From contig DIRZ01000002.1 in the NCBI GenBank assembly GCA_002421785.1, positions 270,001-302,000 of the forward strand: a stretch of 32,000 nucleotides of DNA, written 5' to 3'. Both the position numbers and the translations under genes were made by a program. This DNA is from Candidatus Saccharimonadota bacterium. GTDB lineage: Bacteria; Patescibacteriota; Saccharimonadia; Saccharimonadales; Saccharimonadaceae. The notes under the pieces were generated by a model that made no database searches, had not been told where the DNA came from, and saw nothing but the letters and a program-made list of their open reading frames with translations. Of this stretch, positions 15,871 through 23,659 are shown in pieces (the first letter of the stretch is position 1; every line of letters starts with the position of its first letter).

Positions 15871-15886
15871 ACACTACATATAGCGT
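15871..15886 (+). promoter_or_regulatory. NrdR-box-like element (proximal) upstream of pyrG
   Basis: ACACTACATATAGCGT. The left half equals nrdA box 2 and the right half equals nrdA box 1. It overlaps the expected -35 of the pyrG -10 (15905-15910). Confidence 0.5.
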
Positions 15887-15918
15887 ACATAGTGATTTGC
15901 GTGTTACAATGAAATCCC

Positions 15919-17526
15919 ATGGAAGAGCAATCGAACGTGGGTAAACAGACAAAATATATTTTCGTAACGGGGGGAGTCCTTTCCGGGGTAGGGAAAGGAA
16001 TTACTGCAGCGAGCATTGGTGCCGTTTTGCAAGCTAAGGGAGCAACCGTTTCAATTCAAAAGTGCGACCCGTATCTGAATGTAGATGCGGGTTTGCTTAA
16101 TCCCGCAGAACACGGCGAGTGTTTTGTCACAAAAGATGGCGCGGAGACCGACCTAGACCTCGGGCATTATGAGCGATTTTTAGACATTGAGGTGACCCAA
16201 AAAAGCGCAACGCTAGCAGGCCGATTGTTTAGCAATCTGATTGCAGACGAGCGCGCAGGGAAATTTGGCGGCAAAACAATTCAGCTGGTACCCCACCTGA
16301 CAGGCGCAATCCAAGATGCCATTACGCTGGCGAGCGAAGGAAGCGATATTCACATTGTCGAAATTGGTGGCACAGTAGGGGATTACGAGGGCCTCAGCTT
16401 CGTAGAGGCAATTCGTGAGTTTGGCCGCAAGGTCGGCCGCGACAATGCACTGTATATCCATGTGGTGTACGTGCCGTTCATTGGCACCAGCAAAGAATTT
16501 AAGAGTAAGCCAGCGCAGAATGCCCTAAATGATCTACGCGGTTTTGGAATTGTGCCCGATGTCGTGATTGTGCGCACCGATGATCCAGCCCCTGAATCAA
16601 TCGCGCACAAAATTGCAATGTTTGGTGGCGTGAGTGATGACGCGGTATTAATGATGCCAAATCTTGATAGTGTGTTTAAAATTCCTGCGAGGATTGCCCA
16701 GAGTACTCTGGCGCCGATACTCGAAAAGTTTTCGGGTTATCACAACAAGCCAGACTTGAGCAAGTGGACTGATCTGGTGAAGCGTCAGCAGGCGGACAAA
16801 GAACAGTCTGTGACCATTGGCTTGGTTGCGAAGTATCTGGATAACGAGGATACCTACATAAGTGTACTCGAAGCACTCAAAGCCGCTGCCTGGCATGAAG
16901 GTGTAGGCCTAAACACGAAGTGGATTAATGCCGAAACAGCTAACGAGGCTGATTTTAGTGGCGTGGACGGCTTATTGGTACCGGGTGGATTTGGGAGTCG
17001 TGGGATAGAGGGAAAGGTAGCTGCCGCTCGCTACGCACTCGACCACAACGTGCCATACCTGGGTATTTGCTTAGGTTTACAGGTGGCGGTGATTGCTGCT
17101 GCTCGCAAGGCCGGGCTAAAAGATGCCAATAGTACTGAATTTGCACCAAATACCCCAGAAGATGTCGTATACATTATGGAGGGCCAGCAGGGCAAGGAGA
17201 GTACTGGTGGGACATTGCGCCTGGGTGATTACCCAGCACACCTCGACATTGATTCTTTGGCGTACAAACTTTACCAAGCGCAGGACATTGTGGAGCGTCA
17301 CCGTCACCGCTACGAGGTGAATCAGCACTTCCGCGAGGCAATCGAGCGGGGCGGACTGCGAATTAGCGGGTTGTCGCCCGACAAAAAACTCGTTGAATAT
17401 GTAGAGGCGCCAGCATGCGACTACTTTATTGCGACGCAGGCACACCCCGAATTCCGCAGCCGCCCTACACGGGCGCACCCATTGTTCGTGGGGCTTATCC
17501 AAAGCGCGCTCAAAACCCGCAAATAG
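15919..17526 (+). CDS. pyrG: CTP synthase
   Basis: KYIFVTGGVLSGVGKGI synthase N-terminus. GATase domain with GICLGLQ and HRHRYEVN. Confidence 0.96.
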   Translation: MEEQSNVGKQTKYIFVTGGVLSGVGKGITAASIGAVLQAKGATVSIQKCDPYLNVDAGLLNPAEHGECFVTKDGAETDLDLGHYERFLDIEVTQKSATLAGRLFSNLIADERAGKFGGKTIQLVPHLTGAIQDAITLASEGSDIHIVEIGGTVGDYEGLSFVEAIREFGRKVGRDNALYIHVVYVPFIGTSKEFKSKPAQNALNDLRGFGIVPDVVIVRTDDPAPESIAHKIAMFGGVSDDAVLMMPNLDSVFKIPARIAQSTLAPILEKFSGYHNKPDLSKWTDLVKRQQADKEQSVTIGLVAKYLDNEDTYISVLEALKAAAWHEGVGLNTKWINAETANEADFSGVDGLLVPGGFGSRGIEGKVAAARYALDHNVPYLGICLGLQVAVIAAARKAGLKDANSTEFAPNTPEDVVYIMEGQQGKESTGGTLRLGDYPAHLDIDSLAYKLYQAQDIVERHRHRYEVNQHFREAIERGGLRISGLSPDKKLVEYVEAPACDYFIATQAHPEFRSRPTRAHPLFVGLIQSALKTRK

Positions 17527-17547
17527 CGCGCCTTCATCTACCTGTAA

Positions 17548-17576
17548 TTGACATTTTGTAACGCTTATGCTATAGT
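17548..17576 (+). promoter_or_regulatory. near-consensus sigma70 promoter
   Basis: TTGACA (17548-17553), 17 nt, TATAGT (17571-17576). An ATG lies 6 nt downstream. Confidence 0.65.
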
Positions 17577-17582
17577 GTACGT

Positions 17583-17738
17583 ATGGCAGAAGAAACACAA
17601 ATACCTGAAATCAACGACACGCTCACGATGGACGACATGGACATGCTTCGTGCCGTGCTCGAAGACAGCCACTCACGCGGTATAACGCCCGTGTCGGTTT
17701 ACAACCAAGCAGACTTTGTCGATACAGACGAATCATAA
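17583..17738 (+). CDS. small acidic protein, 51 aa (not in ORF track)
   Basis: MAEETQIPEINDTLTMDDMDMLRAVLEDSHSRGITPVSVYNQADFVDTDES. No SD; positioned as a leaderless ORF behind the 17548 promoter. Confidence 0.4.
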   Translation: MAEETQIPEINDTLTMDDMDMLRAVLEDSHSRGITPVSVYNQADFVDTDES

Positions 17739-17760
17739 TTATCTCTGATACAATAGGCGT

Positions 17761-19434
17761 ATGGAACGCCTTGCGAGTCAGATAGCTACAATTGTCCACG
17801 AGCTGTATGGGCAAGATGTTGATGTGCGCCTGGATCGCCCAGAGGCACGGTTTGGTGATTACGCCACGAATATTGCCCTGCAACTCGCAAAACCACTCGG
17901 CAGAAGCCCGCGCGATGTAGCCGAAGAGCTTGCGAGCAAGCTTCGTAATACCGGTGATTATCGCGACGTTACAGTGGCGGGTCCTGGATTTATAAATGTG
18001 TTCATGGGCGATGTAAGTTTGCTTGAGCAGGCGCAGAGCGCAGTGGCGCGAACGGCTGACGGTGAGCAGGTTGTGGTGGAGTATAGCTGCCCGAATGCTT
18101 TCAAAGAACTTCATACGGGGCATTTGTACCAAACCATCCTCGGCGATATTTTAGCGCGCTTACTCGAGCAAACGGGTGCTAGCGTGCATCGCACGAGCTT
18201 TGGTGGCGACGTGGGGTTGCACGTGGCAAAATGTTTGTGGGGTATGGTCGCGACGTTTGAGGGAATTTACCCAGAAAAGTTGGCCGACGTACCGGCAGAT
18301 GCATTCGCACGCGCAAACTGGGTGAGTAGCTGCTATGTTCGTGGCGCCGGAGCCTATGAAGAAAATGACGAAGCCAAACAAGAAATTGATGAACTGAACA
18401 AAACGATTTATGGGTTTCACGAAACGGGTGATCACGAGTCGCCGCTTGCGCAAATATATTGGACAACGCGCCAGTGGAGCTATGATTATTTCGATGCGTT
18501 TTACGCATTAATCCAAGTCGACAAGATGCGCTATTACCCTGAAAGTGCAACTGCTCCTGTGGGTATGGAGGTTGTTCGCGAGCAACTTGCGCGTGGTAAC
18601 TTGAAAGAGTCGGAAGGCGCAGTGGTGTTCGAAGGTGACGAGAGCCAGCACTTGCACACTCGCGTGTTTGTGACCAGCAAGGGCTTGCCGACGTATGAGA
18701 CCAAAGACATCGGGGTGATCTGGCTTGAGCAACAAGATTATTCATTCACGCGCCGTGTACTGATTACGGGTAACGACCAAAAAGAATACATGCGCGTGGT
18801 GTTTGCAGCAGCCGAAACGTTCCAGCCGGGTCTGGCGGCGAGGATGACACACATTACGAACGGAACCGTGCGGTTTGCTGATGGTAAAAAAATGAGCTCG
18901 CGACTCGGTAACGTATCACGAGCCATTGACGTGGTAAACGTGGTGCGGGAAAAAGTACGCGAACTGGTGCAGGATGAATCACTCGTGGAAGGCGTCACGC
19001 TCGGTGCCATTAAATACGTGTTTGCTAAGTACCGTGCGGGTGGCGACATTGCATTTGACATTGATGAGACCGTCAGTCTGGCAGGGAACAGTGGCCCGTA
19101 CATTCAGTATGCACACGCCAGGGCCTGTAGCATTATTGCTAAAGCAACGGCGACACCGGAATATAGCGACGAGTACGATGCAAGTGAGCGATCGCTGCTG
19201 GTAAAATTAACCGGCTATAACGAAGTGGTCGAAAAAGCCGCTGCTGAGTATATGCCCCATGGTATTTGCACCTACCTTTACGAACTCGCGCAGGAGTTCA
19301 ACCGATTTTATGAATCATCACATATTGTGGGCCATGAACGCGAAGCGATTCGCTTGGGATTGGTCACACTCTATCGTGACACACTAGCAAAGGGTCTGGG
19401 CATTCTGGGTATTACCGCACCTGAACGCATGTAA
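17761..19434 (+). CDS. argS: arginine--tRNA ligase
   Basis: HIGH-type HTGHLY, a KMSSRLG loop, and the C-terminal DALR anticodon-binding region. Confidence 0.95.
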   Translation: MERLASQIATIVHELYGQDVDVRLDRPEARFGDYATNIALQLAKPLGRSPRDVAEELASKLRNTGDYRDVTVAGPGFINVFMGDVSLLEQAQSAVARTADGEQVVVEYSCPNAFKELHTGHLYQTILGDILARLLEQTGASVHRTSFGGDVGLHVAKCLWGMVATFEGIYPEKLADVPADAFARANWVSSCYVRGAGAYEENDEAKQEIDELNKTIYGFHETGDHESPLAQIYWTTRQWSYDYFDAFYALIQVDKMRYYPESATAPVGMEVVREQLARGNLKESEGAVVFEGDESQHLHTRVFVTSKGLPTYETKDIGVIWLEQQDYSFTRRVLITGNDQKEYMRVVFAAAETFQPGLAARMTHITNGTVRFADGKKMSSRLGNVSRAIDVVNVVREKVRELVQDESLVEGVTLGAIKYVFAKYRAGGDIAFDIDETVSLAGNSGPYIQYAHARACSIIAKATATPEYSDEYDASERSLLVKLTGYNEVVEKAAAEYMPHGICTYLYELAQEFNRFYESSHIVGHEREAIRLGLVTLYRDTLAKGLGILGITAPERM

Positions 19435-19456
19435 TAAGCGCAATAAGGAGAAGTAC

Positions 19457-19813
19457 ATGGTTACGAAAAAAGAAGAACCCCGCAAAGAATCAACCGGCCA
19501 CACATCAGGATTCATGGGATTTATTCGTGAACAGGGCGTAGTAGGACTGGCGGTTGGTTTGGCTATAGGAACTGCCGCGGGCGACACGGTTAAAAAGCTT
19601 GTTGAAGCCTTCATCAACCCGTTAGTGCAGCTGCTTGTCGGTTCGCAAAAAGGACTAGAAGCCGCTACTTGGACGGCGCAAATTGGTGACCGCGTGGGGG
19701 ACTTTAAGTGGGGCGCGTTTGTGAGCTCGCTGATTAGTCTGCTGGCCACCGCACTCGTTGTTTACCTGATTATTCATTTGATGAAGCTTGATAAGCTCGA
19801 CAAGAAAAAGTAG
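19457..19813 (+). CDS. mscL: large-conductance mechanosensitive channel
   Basis: AAGGAG RBS. GFIREQGVVGLAVGLAIGTAAG TM1, a second TM helix and a KKK tail. Confidence 0.92.
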   Translation: MVTKKEEPRKESTGHTSGFMGFIREQGVVGLAVGLAIGTAAGDTVKKLVEAFINPLVQLLVGSQKGLEAATWTAQIGDRVGDFKWGAFVSSLISLLATALVVYLIIHLMKLDKLDKKK

Positions 19814-19836
19814 CACGACGACTACGTTGCTGTATT

Positions 19837-19862
19837 CGACACCTCTTACTAACGGGGTGTCG
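19837..19862. terminator. hairpin between convergent mscL and the wHTH gene
   Basis: CGACACC-12 nt-GGTGTCG followed by TTTC. It overlaps the 3' end of the minus-strand CDS. Confidence 0.4.
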
Positions 19863-20541
19863 TTTCAGTATGCGGGCCAATAAACAGGTGGCGATCATGG
19901 AGCTCACCTTGCTGATAGAGGGCAATAATATCGGGCATAAAATTCGCACTTTCGTGTGGCAGCTGGAGTGCGTCAGCAAGCGGCATGAAGCCCATGGAAA
20001 AGATGCCATCATCGTAACGGTAAGGCCCAGTTGGCGCGGAAGCGGGGTAGTAGTCGACCAATGCATGGTAGTCACTGCCGGGGAGAATAATTTCTGCGCT
20101 GCCAAGCCTGTCGCCGGTTAGCGTGAGCTGAAAGTTTTGCGCGATTGACGAGGCGGCTGCGGTGCCCTCAGATCCAAACGAATGAAGCCCGCCAGGGAGC
20201 ATGTAATGGTTCAGGTGCTCTGCCATGTGAGCGGCGCGCTCTGATACCAGGATAGCGTTGTCGCGAATAACGATGAACTGAATTAGCAGCCGCGGGGCCT
20301 TTGGATGTCGGTAGCGGTGGTCTGTTTGGTTTGCCCAGCGTGCGCCGTTGGCTGTGAGCGCAAATCCGGTGGTAGTCTTTTCGACGATACCCCGCGTAAT
20401 GAGTTTGCGGATATGGTACATAAACAAGCTGTTTTCAATACCACGAGGCTTTAGCGAAGAAAACGACTGCTCCCCACGTAGGTGTAATGTTTCGACGATG
20501 GCTGTTTGAATGTGGTGGTCGAGAAAATAGGTATCACTCAT
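19849..20541 (-). CDS. winged-helix DNA-binding + degenerate NUDIX-like domain protein
   Basis: Start moved to MSDTYFLDHH, avoiding overlap with the divergent gene. N-terminus is MarR/ArsR-like (SSLKPRGIENSLFMYHIRKLITRGIVEK). LPGGLHSFGSEG resembles a decayed Nudix box. Confidence 0.6.
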   Translation of the reverse strand: MSDTYFLDHHIQTAIVETLHLRGEQSFSSLKPRGIENSLFMYHIRKLITRGIVEKTTTGFALTANGARWANQTDHRYRHPKAPRLLIQFIVIRDNAILVSERAAHMAEHLNHYMLPGGLHSFGSEGTAAASSIAQNFQLTLTGDRLGSAEIILPGSDYHALVDYYPASAPTGPYRYDDGIFSMGFMPLADALQLPHESANFMPDIIALYQQGELHDRHLFIGPHTETTPR

Positions 20542-20625
20542 CACCCTTATTGTACCAAGTAAAAATTGTTTCACTGCCCAGTTGCGCAGCGGTCGATAGG
20601 ATAGGAGGGTAACGAAAGGAAGCAT

Positions 20626-21234
20626 ATGGCACACGAGCAACATAGGGCACTGGTGGAGCGGGGGCGAGAGATTGTCCAGGCGTCAGATAATCTGTATATT
20701 GACTTGGACGTTGAATCTGACGGCATTGCGGGATTCGGATCACTCCTCAGCATCGGGGCGGTGAGTCCCTGGGGTGAGACATTTTACCGAGAGCTTGTGC
20801 CGACGGATGTGCGGTATATCGAAGGTAACAAAGAGTTTTGTGAGCAACATGGACTTATCCGCGAGCGGCTGATGAGAGACGGTGTGGCGCCGCGCGAGGC
20901 AGTGAGTGATTTGGCTCAATGGCAGCAAGCACTTCGTGAACGCTATGAAAAAACAGGCAAATCAGTTCTCGTTGCATTTAATGCGAGCTATGATTTCCCG
21001 CTGATTGACCTCGAATACAAACGTGCGGCAATCGATAACCCATTTGGTGTTGCGGGGTACTGCGTGAAGAGTCTCGCAATGGCACTGGGTGGCGCGTATG
21101 ATTGGCGCGCAACAAGTAAGTCAAAGCTCCCCCTGGAAGTGATTCCCGATGGTGAGTTCACGCACAATGCGCTTGAAGATGCGGTGTATCAGCAAGCCCT
21201 GCACTTTGCGATGGTCGGAAAGCTCCAGTCCTAA
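20626..21234 (+). CDS. DEDDh 3'-5' exonuclease (DnaQ/ERI-like)
   Basis: Exo I DLDVESDG, Exo II AFNASYDF, Exo III HNALEDA. Confidence 0.85.
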   Translation: MAHEQHRALVERGREIVQASDNLYIDLDVESDGIAGFGSLLSIGAVSPWGETFYRELVPTDVRYIEGNKEFCEQHGLIRERLMRDGVAPREAVSDLAQWQQALRERYEKTGKSVLVAFNASYDFPLIDLEYKRAAIDNPFGVAGYCVKSLAMALGGAYDWRATSKSKLPLEVIPDGEFTHNALEDAVYQQALHFAMVGKLQS

Positions 21235-21253
21235 CCTCTGATATACTAGAGGC

Positions 21254-21805
21254 ATGACAAAACCTGTATTTAAACCAAAACGCATTTTGTGGATGGACCT
21301 TGAAATGACCGGACTTGACCCCGTGAAAGATAGGATTTTGGAAGTCGCATGTATTGTGACCGACTGGGAGTTTAATGAGATTGCGAGCTATACCGCAGTG
21401 AAGCAGGTGGGGCCGCGGTTGATGAAAAAACGCATGGTGGGTGCCTTCTGGGACGAGTTCACAGAAGTTCGCGACCAGCTGATTGCGCAGAACCAAACAG
21501 GAGTAAATGGACGAACGGTAGAAAATGAACTCCTTGCATTTATTGATGAGCATTTTACTGGAGAAGCAAAGGTTTTGCTCGCGGGCAATTCGATTCATCA
21601 GGACAGACGTTTTATCACGAATGAATGGCCGCGTTTGGACGAACGATTGCATTATCGAATGCTCGATGTGAGCGCGTGGAAAGTAGTGTTTGAAGGTAAA
21701 TACAAAAAGAAATTTGCAAAGCCCGAGGCGCATCGAGCCTTGGACGACATTCGGGGTAGTATCGAAGAACTGCAGTACTACCTGAAAAAAGTACGCGACA
21801 AGTAG
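21254..21805 (+). CDS. orn: oligoribonuclease
   Basis: WMDLEMTGLDP, GNSIHQDRRF and HRALDDIRGSIEEL over 183 aa. Confidence 0.92.
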   Translation: MTKPVFKPKRILWMDLEMTGLDPVKDRILEVACIVTDWEFNEIASYTAVKQVGPRLMKKRMVGAFWDEFTEVRDQLIAQNQTGVNGRTVENELLAFIDEHFTGEAKVLLAGNSIHQDRRFITNEWPRLDERLHYRMLDVSAWKVVFEGKYKKKFAKPEAHRALDDIRGSIEELQYYLKKVRDK

Positions 21806-21810
21806 ACCGA

Positions 21811-21838
21811 TTGATTTTGCTACAAAAAATGATATAAT
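21811..21838 (+). promoter_or_regulatory. sigma70 promoter
   Basis: TTGATT, 16 nt, TGaTATAAT. Confidence 0.55.
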
Positions 21839-21882
21839 AATATCCGGTAGAATCCACTCCTAACAAACGTCAGAGAGGAAGT

Positions 21883-22371
21883 GTGGGAACCGTGCCCAAA
21901 ACCCATTGGCAATTGGCCACTGGAGAACGGGTCTTTGACCGTTCGCCATCGCACATCCATCCCGGAGTTCGTCCATTCCTGAAGGGCATCCTTGCCCGCA
22001 TCAACAGCCGACGACGTCAGGTTATCGTGGAGAAGGTGAGGTATGATCACGTTGTCGGCCACAGCACCTGCGTAACCACACGTCCTGGTGATAAGATTGT
22101 CTTTGCTCGTCGGGTAAATCGTCGTGGCATTAGCCGATTTGTCAAGAATCGACGGTCGGAGCCAACGCAGTTTGTGACGGTCATCCTGCGACGAACTGAA
22201 AGAGGCGATTACCAGGTGATGACGGCTTACTTCGGTGAGCCAGCCCCGCGTGAGCCATGGAGCAACCGGGTGAAGCCGGGCCCTCACCATTTCTGGAACC
22301 GTCACGCGTTTGTATGGGGAGTTGAGCCAATCGTCCCTGGCACCGAGAGCTACAAGGCTCCTGGTCGCTGA
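21883..22371 (+). CDS. hypothetical basic protein, about 160 aa (start may be the GTG at 21892)
   Basis: GAGGAAG RBS with its own promoter and hairpin. The 196-aa ORF on the opposite strand is judged a shadow. Confidence 0.55.
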   Translation: MGTVPKTHWQLATGERVFDRSPSHIHPGVRPFLKGILARINSRRRQVIVEKVRYDHVVGHSTCVTTRPGDKIVFARRVNRRGISRFVKNRRSEPTQFVTVILRRTERGDYQVMTAYFGEPAPREPWSNRVKPGPHHFWNRHAFVWGVEPIVPGTESYKAPGR

Positions 22372-22377
22372 TACGAC

Positions 22378-22408
22378 GCCCCATGCTACCAGGTTGGTAG
22401 CATGGGGC
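22378..22408 (+). terminator. 13-bp perfect hairpin after the hypothetical gene
   Basis: GCCCCATGCTACC-aggtt-GGTAGCATGGGGC. No clear U-tract follows. Confidence 0.45.
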
Positions 22409-22433
22409 ACTTAAAAAATGATACGATAATTAT

Positions 22434-22769
22434 ATGACACACAAGGAAATCGAAGACTATTTACTGAGCATGCCAGACACCTGGCTTGATTTTCCGTTTG
22501 GTGAAGGAACCAGCGTCTACAAAGTCGGCAATAAAGAAGCGGGTGAAGGCAAGTTGTTTGCAATTATTGCTGACAACAGCAAGCCGTTACGCCTCAGTCT
22601 AAAATGCGATCCGTTGCTCGCGAAGACACTACGTGATAAATATGAGTCGGTTTTACCGGGGTATCACCTAAATAAAAAACATTGGAATACGATTCTTTGC
22701 ACGGGGCAGCTGGACGATGAAGAAATCAAAGACCTCGCACGCCTTAGCTATAATCTTGTGACTCAGTAG
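22434..22769 (+). CDS. MmcQ/YjbR family DNA-binding protein
   Basis: 111 aa with PGYHLNKKHWNTI, typical of the family. Confidence 0.85.
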   Translation: MTHKEIEDYLLSMPDTWLDFPFGEGTSVYKVGNKEAGEGKLFAIIADNSKPLRLSLKCDPLLAKTLRDKYESVLPGYHLNKKHWNTILCTGQLDDEEIKDLARLSYNLVTQ

Positions 22770-23603
22770 CTACTCTGCCTGGGCGGCATTCGCATATGCC
22801 TTCAGGATAGCGTCGATATTTTCAATCGCACCTGTACAAAATGTTGTGAGTGATTTGCTGTCCCCGCTATTTTGTAGTTTTTTAAGCTTGCTGCGCAGCA
22901 AGGTGAGTTCGTAGGTCATTTGCGATGTATAGGTGCGGTCGAGGGTGCCGCGCTGGTAGGAATCGTCGAGCTTCTTTTGGAGCTTTGTTAAGTATGCGCT
23001 TTCTGTTGTCGTGCTGGCTGATTTTTTGTCGGCAACTTTGATACCCTTGGTCTTCATGATTGCCGTGAGGTCTGTTTTCATTGATGAAAGGGCGGAGCTG
23101 AGAGTGGCGTTTGCTTGATTGATGTCGTTTTCAGCGAGATGCTTTTGCTGCGCATCGGCAACCGTTTGCAGCGTACCGATTCGTGCGAGAGTTTGCTGCA
23201 TCTGCGTTGATGGCGGTGCGCCGCCAGAACTTGTCAGGAGAACAACGGCAATTGCTGCTGCAGCTAAAATTCCACCGATGAGGCCAAATACGGCAAGACG
23301 ATTGACGGGTTTTTGCTGGGTCGGTGCAATTTGATTTAAATAATCAATCGAGTATTCGTCGCGTGGCTCATAGCCAGGATGCGGCGCCGATGAAAGCGGT
23401 GCTGGCTGAGCAACGGGAGTATCAGTAGGGGCCGGTACTGGTGCCGGAGGTTGTTGGGAGGGTTGCTGTGGATACGCTGATGGCTGGGGTGGCGTAGGAT
23501 ATGGCGGTATAACAGGCCCCGAGTGGCTCAACGTTGGTGGCTCGGCCGGCGCTGGTGGCTGCTGCGGCGTACGGCCTGGTTCATAGGGGTTCTGTGGATA
23601 CAT
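22770..23603 (-). CDS. Pro/Gln-rich single-pass membrane protein, unknown function
   Basis: Start at MYPQNPYEPG. About 100 aa of low-complexity P/Q/A, a TM helix (VFGLIGGILAAAAIAVVLL), then a helical C-terminal domain. Confidence 0.65.
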   Translation of the reverse strand: MYPQNPYEPGRTPQQPPAPAEPPTLSHSGPVIPPYPTPPQPSAYPQQPSQQPPAPVPAPTDTPVAQPAPLSSAPHPGYEPRDEYSIDYLNQIAPTQQKPVNRLAVFGLIGGILAAAAIAVVLLTSSGGAPPSTQMQQTLARIGTLQTVADAQQKHLAENDINQANATLSSALSSMKTDLTAIMKTKGIKVADKKSASTTTESAYLTKLQKKLDDSYQRGTLDRTYTSQMTYELTLLRSKLKKLQNSGDSKSLTTFCTGAIENIDAILKAYANAAQAE

Positions 23604-23659
23604 TCTATCCCTATTTAACCACAAGCGATAACAGAGGTAAAGAGTGATATAATGAATCT

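Noticed and set aside
21820-22410. 196-aa minus-strand ORF opposite the 21883-22371 gene
   Set aside because: It would start inside the perfect hairpin at 22378-22408 and lacks a promoter or RBS. The plus-strand gene has a promoter, RBS and terminator-like hairpin. This call is not fully certain.
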